Of a stretch of DNA of 64,000 nt, positions 25,797 through 36,400 are shown in pieces (the first letter of the stretch is position 1; each line of letters starts with the position of its first letter). The notes under the pieces are model-generated. The model saw only the letters and a program-made list of their open reading frames with translations. It had not been told where the DNA came from and searched no databases. The stretch covers positions 50,902,001 through 50,966,000 of the forward strand of contig CM060733.1 of the NCBI GenBank assembly GCA_030704615.1, read 5' to 3'. The stretch comes from Takakia lepidozioides (taxonomy: Eukaryota; Plantae; Bryophyta). A program made the translations under genes and the position numbers.

Positions 25797-27446
25797 CTAT
25801 GCTGCAACCTCTTGAGCAGTACCCCCTTCCTGCTCAGTCAATGACAAGGCCTCATCCTGCCCCATCATCTCATCATTGAGAACCTCCTCATCCCGAGAAG
25901 AATCCCCAACCTCATCCATCACAGCTGCCTTCGCTGCCAACTCCCTCTGAACCTCGAGCACCTCCCACATGTGCCATGGATGTCTACACCTCGTGGTCCT
26001 CACCGGCTCGCCCCCACTCGCTGCCTGTACCGTCTCGGTAGGCAGAGAGACCATCAAGGGAAGTGCACTCCGCACTCTACGTTGCTCAGCCATAGCCAAG
26101 CTGACAATCCAGGTCAAGCAATTGAGATCCATTGCTTGCCCCAACACCTGACGACGTGATGCCTCAGAAAGAGAAGGCACCGCCGTGGTCCCAGTGGAAA
26201 ACCCCATAGCCCGCTCTCGCTCGTCGGCATTAGGCTCCACTAACTGCTGCAACTGAGCATCCCACAGGAGGCCAGGTCCACCATCCCGAAAAGCATGGGA
26301 TCCTGGGAAGCTGAGCAGTGTAGGTAATGCTGCTCGTGGTTGACCCACTCTGTTGACCACTGCCAAAGGCGAACGGTCATCGTGTCTCACACGTTGAGAC
26401 TGCCTTCCTGTGTCCAAAATGCCATCCACGGTGAGGTGTGCTGGCCGCTGCACCCCATCAAATGCACGCTTGAGCAGTGCGGGTGGCATCAAGTTAGTCC
26501 ACCATAGTCGTGGACGATGAGCCCGTGACCCCACTGCAGCTGCATCCAGCAATACTGCTGACCCAAGCCACGACCGGACTTGATGCACACTGGCCATCAC
26601 CCTGGCCCGAGAATCACCCATCAGTGGCACATTCTCCAAGATGTATGCCGGAGATACAGCCTGATGAAGCTGCAAGTGGCGCAAAATCCGCACCATCTCC
26701 CAAAACAGACCCGTCCTCGAGTCTCGCAATCCATTGCCATGCCCGGCTGATGAATGCCCTTGGCAGGGCCAACCTGCCACTACCAGATCAATGGAGCCAA
26801 CCCGCTCCAAATCCTGCGCCCCCAGCAACGAAATGTCTGCTGGCAAGGCCTGCTGATATCCACGAACTGCAGACACCTGCAACAACTCAGGGTGCTGCTG
26901 CACCATCTGAGCAACATGGCGCAGTGAGACGCGTCGTGCAGTCTCATCCCTCTCCACATACAGGTAACGTCGAACTCGTACACCTGCCTGCAGCACTGCA
27001 GCCAATCCAGTGCTGATCCCGCCAAACAAGTCCAGAAGGCATATGCCTTCATCCGGTCGCTGCCACACAAGAGGTGTGGTGTCCAATGGCGACAACTGAG
27101 GTGGCCCTGGTACAATCACCGCACTCTCCTCCTCTCCTGACGGTACAAAAGCTTCTACCCAAGCTTGTTGCACCCGTCCATCAGCAGCGTGCTGCAAATC
27201 CTTGCTCGTACCCCACAACGGAGTGTGAGCAACCATGGCAGGCAACTCCGCCGTACCATGCATGTCATCCTGCTCTGCTGGAGGTGGCACATCCTCTGCA
27301 TAGGCATTGCCTTCCAGCAACTCTCCAGGCCAACTGACTGCAGCTGTGAAGGCGGCTAGTGTTGGCATCTTGCCCCGCTGGCAGCTGCAATACCCCCAAT
27401 GAATGTCACAGGGAGCTGTGCACGGCGACCATCCCCTGACTGCCAT
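25797..27446 (-). CDS. C5 DNA cytosine methyltransferase domain (DNMT3-like, non-permuted) inside the retrotransposon polyprotein region
   Basis: Motif I LDLFGGIS, II YVE, III DI, IV VAGWPCQGHS (catalytic Cys), V GLFWE, VI ILENV, VIII AHRPRLWWTN, IX ERERAMGF and X RRQVLGQAM, in canonical I-X order. Confidence 0.93.
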   Translation of the reverse strand: MAVRGWSPCTAPCDIHWGYCSCQRGKMPTLAAFTAAVSWPGELLEGNAYAEDVPPPAEQDDMHGTAELPAMVAHTPLWGTSKDLQHAADGRVQQAWVEAFVPSGEEESAVIVPGPPQLSPLDTTPLVWQRPDEGICLLDLFGGISTGLAAVLQAGVRVRRYLYVERDETARRVSLRHVAQMVQQHPELLQVSAVRGYQQALPADISLLGAQDLERVGSIDLVVAGWPCQGHSSAGHGNGLRDSRTGLFWEMVRILRHLQLHQAVSPAYILENVPLMGDSRARVMASVHQVRSWLGSAVLLDAAAVGSRAHRPRLWWTNLMPPALLKRAFDGVQRPAHLTVDGILDTGRQSQRVRHDDRSPLAVVNRVGQPRAALPTLLSFPGSHAFRDGGPGLLWDAQLQQLVEPNADERERAMGFSTGTTAVPSLSEASRRQVLGQAMDLNCLTWIVSLAMAEQRRVRSALPLMVSLPTETVQAASGGEPVRTTRCRHPWHMWEVLEVQRELAAKAAVMDEVGDSSRDEEVLNDEMMGQDEALSLTEQEGGTAQEVAA

Positions 27447-28760
27447 CCAGGCCTGTAGGATGCTGACTCCTCCCAGAAATCCAGGGTGAAGCCCATGGGG
27501 TATAACACTGCCCCACCAACGAGGACATCGTAAGAGACCGCGTCTGTCACAATGGCCTTGGCTCGCATCACTGAGCCATCTACAGGATGATCCGGCTGCA
27601 GTCTAATAGCCAACTGATGCCGTGTCATGCCGCGAGCCTGCTCTGATCCTCCCAGAGATGTCTGTATCTGGAAAGGACAAGGCTCCATATCCGCCTCCAT
27701 GAGGCCCAAACCTGCAATAGCAGCTCTGCCCAACATCAGTGGCTGAGCTCCTGAGTCCAACAAGACCCGCAGTGGCCGGTACTTCTTGCTTGCCGGTCCA
27801 CTCAAAGTGAAAATGCCTCCCTGGTTGTCTAACAAGACAACTCCAGGTGTCACCATGGCGCGCTCAATGGCTGGCCTAGCTGGCAGCTCCGTCAATCTGG
27901 CAGCTGCAGCTTGCCAGGGCGCTGCCGTGGCAGTCTTGACCCTCAAATCCGAGGATCCCTCTGCCACTACACCTTCCACTAACTCCGCAGAAGATGAAGT
28001 GACCTCTTGACTCTCGCAGAGTGTTGCTGCTAGTCTGAACACTGCAGCTGGTCTCACTCCCGGCGTCGCAATCATGGTTGCCGAGAACAATGGGGCTTGA
28101 CACACAGAGGTGGCTGCCCCCAATAACACACCGGCCGTACTAGCCTTGGCAGCAGGAGTCAATGCTGCACGTGTAGCTCTCCCCAATGGCATAGTAACCT
28201 CCGCCTCGGTAACAGTCGGGCGAGAACTAGGTGCCATGGATGGCGTTGACACTGTCTCCGCCAAGGTGAATGACTGAGGCAGCCTTGCCTGGCGGCTTGC
28301 CTCCCCACGTTGTGGATCCAACTCCACCTCTGCACCTCGTGGCTCAGGAACTCGTGTTGCTCCTCGAGTCACGGCTGCAGCAGACTCCACCTGCTCTAAT
28401 GGTAGTGCTGCTCCGCACATAAATCCCATGCCTCCCATATCTCCTCCCTCAGGAGCAGGAGGTGGACCATCCCGCCTGGGAGCCGGTACCGCCTGAGCTA
28501 TAGTCATGGCAGCGAGCCTCTGCTCTAGCTGCTGAAGCCGGTTGGCCATGCCTTGATCAACGCCCTGACCTCCACGTCCTTGGCCATGTTGAGCTTGCCC
28601 TTGGCCTGCACCTCGTGCCCGACCACCTCGTCCTCTTTGGGCTGGTCCACCTCGCCCCCGGCCACCATTGTTCCCTTGGAACTGGCCTGGGCGCAACTCA
28701 GGATGCAAGTCATAACACTGGGCATCTCCATGCCCATATTGCCACAATGCCCACACTGCA
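27356..28760 (-). CDS. Gag C-terminal G/R/Q-rich region and aspartic protease of the inner element
   Basis: Second half of a zinc knuckle (YGHGDAQC), RGG-rich stretch, protease active site VLLDSGAQPL and downstream YDVLVG. Confidence 0.8.
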
Positions 28761-29996
28761 ACTGTGCAGGCTGTGCTTGTGCCGGCCTTCTGCCACTCTC
28801 TGGGCAATCTCTCTTGACATGGGGTCCTCCACATGTCCAACATATCACCCCTGGTTGCTGTTGGCCTGCAAAAGATGCCACGGGCCTTGCACCTGAGGCC
28901 CCCTGTAAGCTCCATGGAACTTGGGCTGGGCAACCTTGCCCCCCTGACCACGCTGTTGGGCAGTCCCTTGTGCTTGTGGGCTGACAACTGTGCCCCGTAC
29001 AGGCATGTCCTTGCCAAATCCAATTGTAACAACTCGTTCCTCCACCATGTTGAGCTCAATCCGCTCAGCCAGCAGAAACACATCTGCTAATGTGGGTTGG
29101 GCTGCTTGTAACAGGGTTGCATCTCGCACCCTTCTCTTGAGCTCCTTGTCCAGAATTCCATACCAAAACTGGATTGCCTGAGCTTCAGTAACCCCTTGGG
29201 TCACACTTATCAAGCGCCTCATACGAGTGTACGCCTCTCGCAGGCTCTCACTGGGTTTGCGCTGGAAGTCTTGCAAACTTCGCAGCTTCTCTGTCCGTAC
29301 ACCTTGGTAGTTCCTTCGCAACTCCTGGAAGAACTCCACCACCGGGTTGAATCTAGGCACATGGGTTGTAGCTGTGGCAGGAGGAGTAGTAGCACCTTCT
29401 GAACTGGTACCACCTGCAGAAGTACCAGCACTACCTGCTCCACTACTAGTGCTGGCAGTGGGAGCTATTGGTACTGATGCAGCTACTGGTCGCGTCATGC
29501 CTCGAGTAATGGAGATGTAGTCAGGTGACCAATACATCCTCCACTCCTCAATCTCTGCTTCATGTCCTCGCCTGAACTCGTGGTAATCGTCCATAGGCGG
29601 GCCTTCCAAATGCTGGAACAGTCCCTTCCACGCCATGAATGGGGTGAATAGATGTGGATTGCGCATCTGCTGCAAATCACACCAGCTGTCGAACTCCTGG
29701 ATAAAGTCATCCAACTCGATTGTGCCCACAGCTCCAGAGTACCTACGAGGCCCCTTGGTAGCTCCATACATCTCCTCCATGTCGTCCCACAACAATGGCG
29801 AATGAAAGTGCACACCTGTTGATGAAGCCTCCGAGCCTGTGTCTGACTCTACAGTAATTGAGGGTGGCGGTGAAGGTGGTCTGAACCGAATACCTCTTCT
29901 TGTGAACCCACTCTCACTGTTACTGCCTGTAGCCGTACTCCCCTCAAAACCCTTGGGTAACTCCGTAATGACACTCACAATGTGCACCTCCTCCAC
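28740..29996 (-). CDS. gag: Gag (capsid plus zinc knuckles) of the inner element, broken by 1-nt frameshifts; first in-frame ATG at 29780
   Basis: Retrotrans_gag-like LQDFQRKPSESLREAYTRM...AIQFWYGIL; the knuckles CWTCGGPHVKRDC and CGHCG/xYGHGDAQC continue in successive frames. Confidence 0.8.
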
Positions 29997-30515
29997 GTGA
30001 CACTATAAGGTTCTAGTACTAATCTAATAGTGACACGGGTGGGCACCTGTTGCAGTCTAAGGGTCATATCCCAATGGCTCAGGGCACCTGCACCTGCATC
30101 CACCGCAAGAACTCCTATGGTTGGCTGGTCATCAACCCAGCCTCACCATAGAAGAAACACTGGTGGTCTTGCTGGTCATCACTCCAGCCTCACCACCGAC
30201 AGCATACTCTAGGATTGACCGGTGATCAAATCCGGCCTAATCCCTATGAAAGCAAGCGCCCACACAAAACCAACATGGCGCACAGTCAAGCATGCAGGTG
30301 TTGGGGGGGATCCAAACACAAGAAATCAAAACATCAACACCCCCACACCAAAATCCAGCAGCAACGCTGATCCTGCAGAATATCCCAGCCCAAAACCCCG
30401 GACTGACTGGCCTCCACCAAGAGAGGCTTTGGCAACTACAAGTATAAGGTAATGAAAATAGTACAGAGATGGAGGGGAAGAATAGAAGCCCGACCAAGCA
30501 AGATCTAATCCTGAT

Positions 30516-31265
30516 CTATGCTATCAACTGCCAGACTTCTCTCAAAGTGCCTCGCTCTGCATGATGGTAAGGTGTAGGAGGTATATCTATGTCCAGAAAC
30601 CTGCCACTAACCTTGTCCCAAGCTACAGTAGCTCGCTCTAACCAACCCTCCTCCTCTTTCTGCCAGGTAGAGACAAAGCAATACTCCCCTATCTCCCGCT
30701 CACTGAACACTAAAGAAAACAAAGGTAGGGTCTGATAGTCTCTCAACTCGAAAGCTTTGAGACGGTTGCGGGTGTCCTCATTGCGAATGACTGCATCTCC
30801 TTCACGCACAACAAACATGTCATTGCTGATGAACCCCCGCTCATGGTTGCCCTGTGCAGAGCGTATCCGGCTGCAACCATGTCTGATTGCACAAACTTGT
30901 GTAGCTCCTGCTCCTCTGCTCCAGTACACCACGGCCTTGTGACTGAAAACCTTGGTCCCCGGGGCTGTCTTTGGCTGTGTTCCAAGCCTAGCTTTCACCC
31001 ACTTTGGTATTTCACCTACAGCTGCAGAACTGCTGGCTCCAACAGAGTTCTGACTGTCCAAGGCAATATTGAGGCCCTCAATGCCAACTACAGCAGTCTG
31101 TTGTCTACTGCTAATGCCTGACTCCCAGTATGCAATCAACTCGTCCAACTGTTCTCCACTCAAATCAGTCTGAGTTCCTTGGGAAACATAAATCCTGTCC
31201 CCTTGTGTGCACAGGCTAAGAGAAGAGACCTGCCCTTCAATTACGTCCTCATTTCCCCCAGCCAT
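30516..31265 (-). CDS. Extra 249-aa ORF upstream of gag in the inner element, function unknown
   Basis: Intact ATG-initiated ORF on the element's sense strand within the 3-kb leader; no recognisable motif. Confidence 0.55.
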   Translation of the reverse strand: MAGGNEDVIEGQVSSLSLCTQGDRIYVSQGTQTDLSGEQLDELIAYWESGISSRQQTAVVGIEGLNIALDSQNSVGASSSAAVGEIPKWVKARLGTQPKTAPGTKVFSHKAVVYWSRGAGATQVCAIRHGCSRIRSAQGNHERGFISNDMFVVREGDAVIRNEDTRNRLKAFELRDYQTLPLFSLVFSEREIGEYCFVSTWQKEEEGWLERATVAWDKVSGRFLDIDIPPTPYHHAERGTLREVWQLIA

Positions 31266-32983
31266 GCAAGGAGTACATCCACAGATTTGTCTCTCATATA
31301 GACCAGCACAGGTTCTAGAGACAGGATTGTGGATCTTTTATGGCCCACTCACACTCTAAAAATTCCATAGATTTTTAGCAGAGTCCCAAAAACAGAAACC
31401 AGGTCTAGGTAGGTAGATTTCCCCTTTCTGCAGCTATCCCCCCAAAAACTGAGTCAAACAGAGCCCATATGACAAAGATATGACCAATTAGGCTCTAAAT
31501 CATTCGAATTAGATCAAAAAGGCTTTTTTTTTTTTTTTTTAACACCAAAACGTTCTCGCCATTAAAAACTGTTCCCATGTTATCTACGGGTTGATCTGTC
31601 GGATAAGTGATATCCACACTTGTGCCCTCCGTTCCCTGCAGGTTCCCGATTTTCCATCTGAACAGCCCGTCTCGAGTTCTCCACACATGGGCGGGTCTTG
31701 GGGAATTACGATGAATACAATGGCACGCTGAAGCTCAGCAGCAGGTAGACAATGTGTCCATTAATGTAAAGAGCCTGGCAGATCGACAGTTTGAAACGAT
31801 CAATGCTTCATCTCCTGTTATGCCATTCGCATCAGCCTGCCGTAGATTGTCTGTCAACCAATATCCGAGTTCAATTGTCCAAGCAGAAATCTACTAGAAA
31901 TCTACCAACCGGCTACTGATTCCATAAATACTGGCAACTCCCATTCTGGATCTGTACTCAATGGATCAGTATAGAGTGGCTGCCCTTAGGGCGCGCTTCA
32001 TCCCAACCAGGGTAATCTGCACTGAAGCCGAGATGACACTTGAAGCGGCTGCTTCCACAATGCTCCCTCTTTGGTGCATTCATCGTGCTAATCTAGCACT
32101 GCCCAAACCACGCCACAAACTCTCGTTGGTGCAGGAAATATGGCTGCCGCATTGCAGGTCTCGGGTCAGGCTCTCCATATCCTAGGCGTGCATATTGCTG
32201 CTGATATTGGGGCTGCCTTCAAATTGACTGCCAATAGGCCCGAACCTTAATTGCGCACTTGCTAGAAAATCTAGCCTGACCCCGTCCATCCATTTGCTTG
32301 CTTCCTCGCGATGTGCAGCCAGACAACCTCACATCAACCAGCCCACAACCACTCCTTCATGGTGGCTGGACTATAGTCGCACACCGACTTCCCACCCATT
32401 GCTAGTAACCATTCCACATGAAAGCCAACGACGGCACAATCTGCCTTCATGCCAGCCTGTCCCTCCTCGCTGACCAAGAAAACCAACGATAGCCAGCCAA
32501 CTTCTCAACTCGGCCTTTACTGATTGCACACCCTGATATATGCCATGAACAACTTCACCAAATCGTTTGTCATCAGTACCGATATACCATTGGGACGACG
32601 ACTTGTAGACATGAGCCCATCAACCAGTCCAACACCTTGGCTGCTCACTATGTGCAGGTCTGAAACCATCAGTCTGCTCAGGAATTACCTATAGCATGGT
32701 ATTTTTATCTCTGCAGCTGAAGTCGAAGACCACGGTCCACCCACTCGCGTAACCAGCTGCACCTCCGCTTCTAACCACCAAGACAATGAAGGCTTGCATC
32801 CCAGCCTTGCGAGACAACAATAATGCTGATCGTTTCACCATGCTCGGCTCTCAATCTGCCGCTCAGCCAGTGACCGTTAAAAGGGAGAATACCCATGCAC
32901 TTTTGTGTTACCGCTTTCAACACACACAAAATCCACAAGTGCTAAAAACTAATTAAGCTCACATCTTGCACTCACAGATGCAA

Positions 32984-33001
32984 GCTCAATCTCTCTCGAG
33001 T
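32984..33001 (-). promoter_or_regulatory. Self-complementary primer binding site of the inner element
   Basis: No TGG/tRNA PBS. The sequence is a 13-nt perfect (17-nt with one bulge) reverse complement of 33191-33207 inside repeat A1. Confidence 0.7.
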
Positions 33002-33357
33002 GATAAACAAAGCTAAAAAGGACATACACTTCCAACACAAGAAATATAAAATCCATCGCTATCACTCATTGAAACTGAAGTCGAGCCAGGGGCACCCCAA
33101 GCTATGGGGACTCCACCCCACAACAACCTGTATCCCTACATAAGCACACTAAAACCTAAACACATGCAGGAGCTCGGTCGCGCAGGCTCAACTCGAGAGA
33201 GATGAGCCACGCGACCGCCGCTCTCGTGAAGATAAGGCCATTCAGGTGTCAAACTAAACTTGACACCTGATTTAACACTTGACCTAAATCCAAGTGTTAA
33301 ATACAAATAACTAGTTTTATTCTAGTTGTTTTCACACTGTGCTTATTTAACTTGACA
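33001..33357 (-). repeat. Repeat A1 (357 bp, 5' LTR-like) of the inner element
   Basis: Near-identical to 21961-22314; starts TGTCAAG on the minus strand and is flanked by the TSD. Confidence 0.95.
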
Positions 33358-33447
33358 CTCGGGTGACCACAGAGCTATCCGAAGATTCCATCAGCCGCTT
33401 GGTGGAAACGGTGGTCGCCAAGACTTGTAAGGTATGAAACTACTCTT

Positions 33448-36400
33448 ATGAGTCAACTGTACCAGGAGACTGGCCCCTTGCGTAAAGGGAGTCAGTTAAT
33501 GTTCGTGAGTGGGATAATTTCCGAGACTAACGTGTCGTTGTTGGTGGTTACAGGAGCATTGCACTCCTTCATGACACTGACAACGGCACGGAAGCTGGGG
33601 CTCCCGACAGGTGATGTGGGGGCCTCTATTGAAGTGCGTTCTGCCAAAAAAAAACCACAACTGGCGACGAGGTTGGCATTCGATGTTCCTCTTCAGCTCG
33701 GGGGTTGGGAGGGACGTGAGAACTTCACCATTTGCGAGATCGATGGAGTGGATCTCATTTTGGGGATTACCTTTTTGAGCAAATCCGGAGCGGTCATAGA
33801 TGGCCGCAAGATAATAGTCACGCTACCATGTCGAAATGGTGGTGAAGTTTTACGGATATAAAAAACGCCCAACCGAGTGGGAAGGTGAATGAACCTGCTG
33901 ACAGCAAATGAGTGGGCAGTAGAGGAGCCACACTGGCCCCAGTTTTTGCTTTACGTAAGACAAATGGAAGGAGAAGTTGATAGGGAGCCTAGCCCAGATT
34001 GGATCAAGGGGATCCTGGAGAAATACCAGGATGTGATGTCGGAGGATTTACCAAGCAGCTTGCCACCGCGAAGAGGAGTTGACCACAAGATAGAGGTGAT
34101 ACCGGGATCGGAGCCGCCTGCCAAGGCGCCCTACCGGTTGAGCCACAGAGAGTTGGTCGAACTGAAGGCCCAACTCAAGGATCTAATGTCAAAGGGGTAC
34201 ATCCGGCCGAGTAAGTTACCTTACGGAGCCCCGGTGCTATTCGCAGACAAGAAGGATAGGACGTTGCGGATGTGTGTCGATTACAGGGCTCTGAATAAGG
34301 TGACTATAAACAACCGGTACCCTTTGCCAAAGATCGACGACCTCTTCGATTAATTGGTTGGCAGGAGCAAAGTATGTCAGCCGGATCGATTTACGCTCAG
34401 GTTACCATCAAATCCGAGTGGCGGAAGGAGATTAGGAGAAGACCGCGTGCAGGACAAGATATGGTTCATATGAGTTTTTGGTGATGCCTTTTGGGCTCAC
34501 CAACGCACCCCACGACCTTTAGCACGCTAATGAACAGCCTTTTCCAGGAGTGGTTGGATGACTTTGTGATCGTGTACATCGACGACATCTTGGTGTACTC
34601 AAAAACAAAGGAATAGCACCTGGAGCACCTCAAAAGGGTGTTCCAAAAATTGCGGGAAGGGAAGCTGTATGCCAAAGCTTCAAAGTGCGAATTCGGGGTC
34701 ATAAAAGTGGAGTTCCTAAGTCATGTGATTACACAGGATGGGATCAAAATGGATGACAGGAAGGTGAGGGCGATCTTGGACTGGGAGCCTTCGACTTCGG
34801 TCCTGGGAGTGCGATCCTTCCTAGGACTCGCCTCCTATTACCGAAAGTATGTGAGAAATTTCGCCAAGATCGCGGGGCCGCTGTCAGACCTTCTGTGTAA
34901 GTCCAAGGTATGGGTATGAAACACATTTTGTGGCCAAACTTTTGCCGAGTTGAAGCAGCAGATGGCGGAAGCTCCAGTCCTAAAAATCCCAGAGTTCGAC
35001 CGTCCATTTGAGATTCATACAGATGCGTCGGACTTCGCAATTGGGGGTGTACTCATGCAGGATAGACGTCCAGTGACGTACGAAAGTAAGAAATTGAATG
35101 AAGTAGAGCGACGGTGGCCTACACACAAGAAAGAAATGAAGGTGGTGGTGCATTGCCTTGAGCTTTGGCGCCACCATGTTGGTTCCAACCCGGTGACGGT
35201 TTTCACGGACAATATCACGGTGAAGTATTTTGCCACACAGCCTAAGTTGTCCCCAAAATAACTGAGGTGACAAGATACTTTGGCAGTGTTTAACCTGGAT
35301 ATCCAGTACAAACCGGGACATGACAATGTGGTGGCCGATGCTTTAAGTAGAAAGCAGCAGCTCATGTTGGTGTACAGGGGCGAGACGGCGCTCCAAAGGA
35401 AGATCTGGAAGGCTTACCGGAAGGATGACATGGCGAAGTCCATGATGCAGGACTTGAGGTTGGGGGTTAAATCGCAGTTCCACTTGCACAGTGGACTGCT
35501 CCGGTACAAGCAAAAGCGTCTCCACGTGCCGAAGGGAGGGATTAGAGATAGTCTCTTGAGAGAATGTCATGATGGCCCGCTTGCGGGCCACGGCGGAGCC
35601 AAGCGTACCGCGACACTCTTGAAGAAAAGAGTATTTCTGGCCCAAACTGAGGGAGGAGGCCGAGGAGTATGTCAAGACATGCACCACATGCCAACAAAAC
35701 CGGAGCGAGTACAAAAAGCAAGCGGGGCTGTTACAACCCTTGCCGATTCCAGAGGGGTCTTGGGAAAGTGTCTCGATGGATTTCATGACTGCTATATCGT
35801 TGTCAAAAAAATTCAATGCAATCACGGTGGTGGTGGATAGGTTCAGTAAAATGGGCCATTTTATTCCTACCAAGAAGACGGCAACGGCGCAGGAGACGAG
35901 GCGACTTTACTTCGCCCACGTCTTCAAGCATCATGGACTCCCGAAGGATATTGTTTCGGACCGCAACCCAAAGTTTACAAGTAAATTTTAAAGGGCACTT
36001 TGGAAGAAAATGGGGACGAGACTCAAGATGAGAATCGCCTTCCGACCTACAATGGACGGCCAAACAGAAAGAGTGAATTCCGTGGTGAAGCAGATCTTGC
36101 GAAATTATATGTCGGCAGACCAGTCAAACTGGGTGGAGTACTTGGATGCGGCAAAGTTCTGTTATAATAACACAAAACACTCCGCAACGGGAGTTTCCCC
36201 TTTCGTATTGGTCTATGGAAAAGCACATCTGGTGTCGACAAGTTGGGCCGCCTAGGACGTTGATGAACCGGCAGTAGTAGCGGTACTGGAAAAACGCGAG
36301 CGTTTGTTGGAGCTCGCAAAATACAACATTGCCAAAGCTAGGAAACGGTATGAACGGCAGGCGAATCGGAAGCGGAGGAAAGTTAAGTTTGAGGCAGACA

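Larger units (their letters stand above)
21866..33357 (-). mobile_element. Young Ty3/gypsy retrotransposon encoding gag-PR-DNMT-RT-RH-INT-PHD with split direct terminal repeats
   Basis: Termini TGTC...GACA and 4-bp TSD CTCG (21862-21865 / 33358-33361). Removing it restores the outer element's sequence (ATG ACT CGG GTG ACC). The two ~355-bp A repeats differ by one substitution and one 3-bp indel. Confidence 0.95.

Noticed and set aside
25797-27446. DNMT as a host gene or bacterial contaminant
   Set aside because: It is intronless but embedded between protease and RT, inside TSD-bounded repeats that are nested in a plant retrotransposon.
22561-30452. Many plus-strand ORFs of 60-170 aa over the inner element
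   Set aside because: They are antisense shadows of the GC-rich gag/pol frames and carry no motifs.
21866-33357. Classifying the inner element as a DIRS/Ngaro tyrosine-recombinase retroelement because of its split repeats
   Set aside because: It encodes an HHCC-DDE integrase after RNase H, has TG...CA ends and a TSD, and shows no recognisable tyrosine recombinase motifs.
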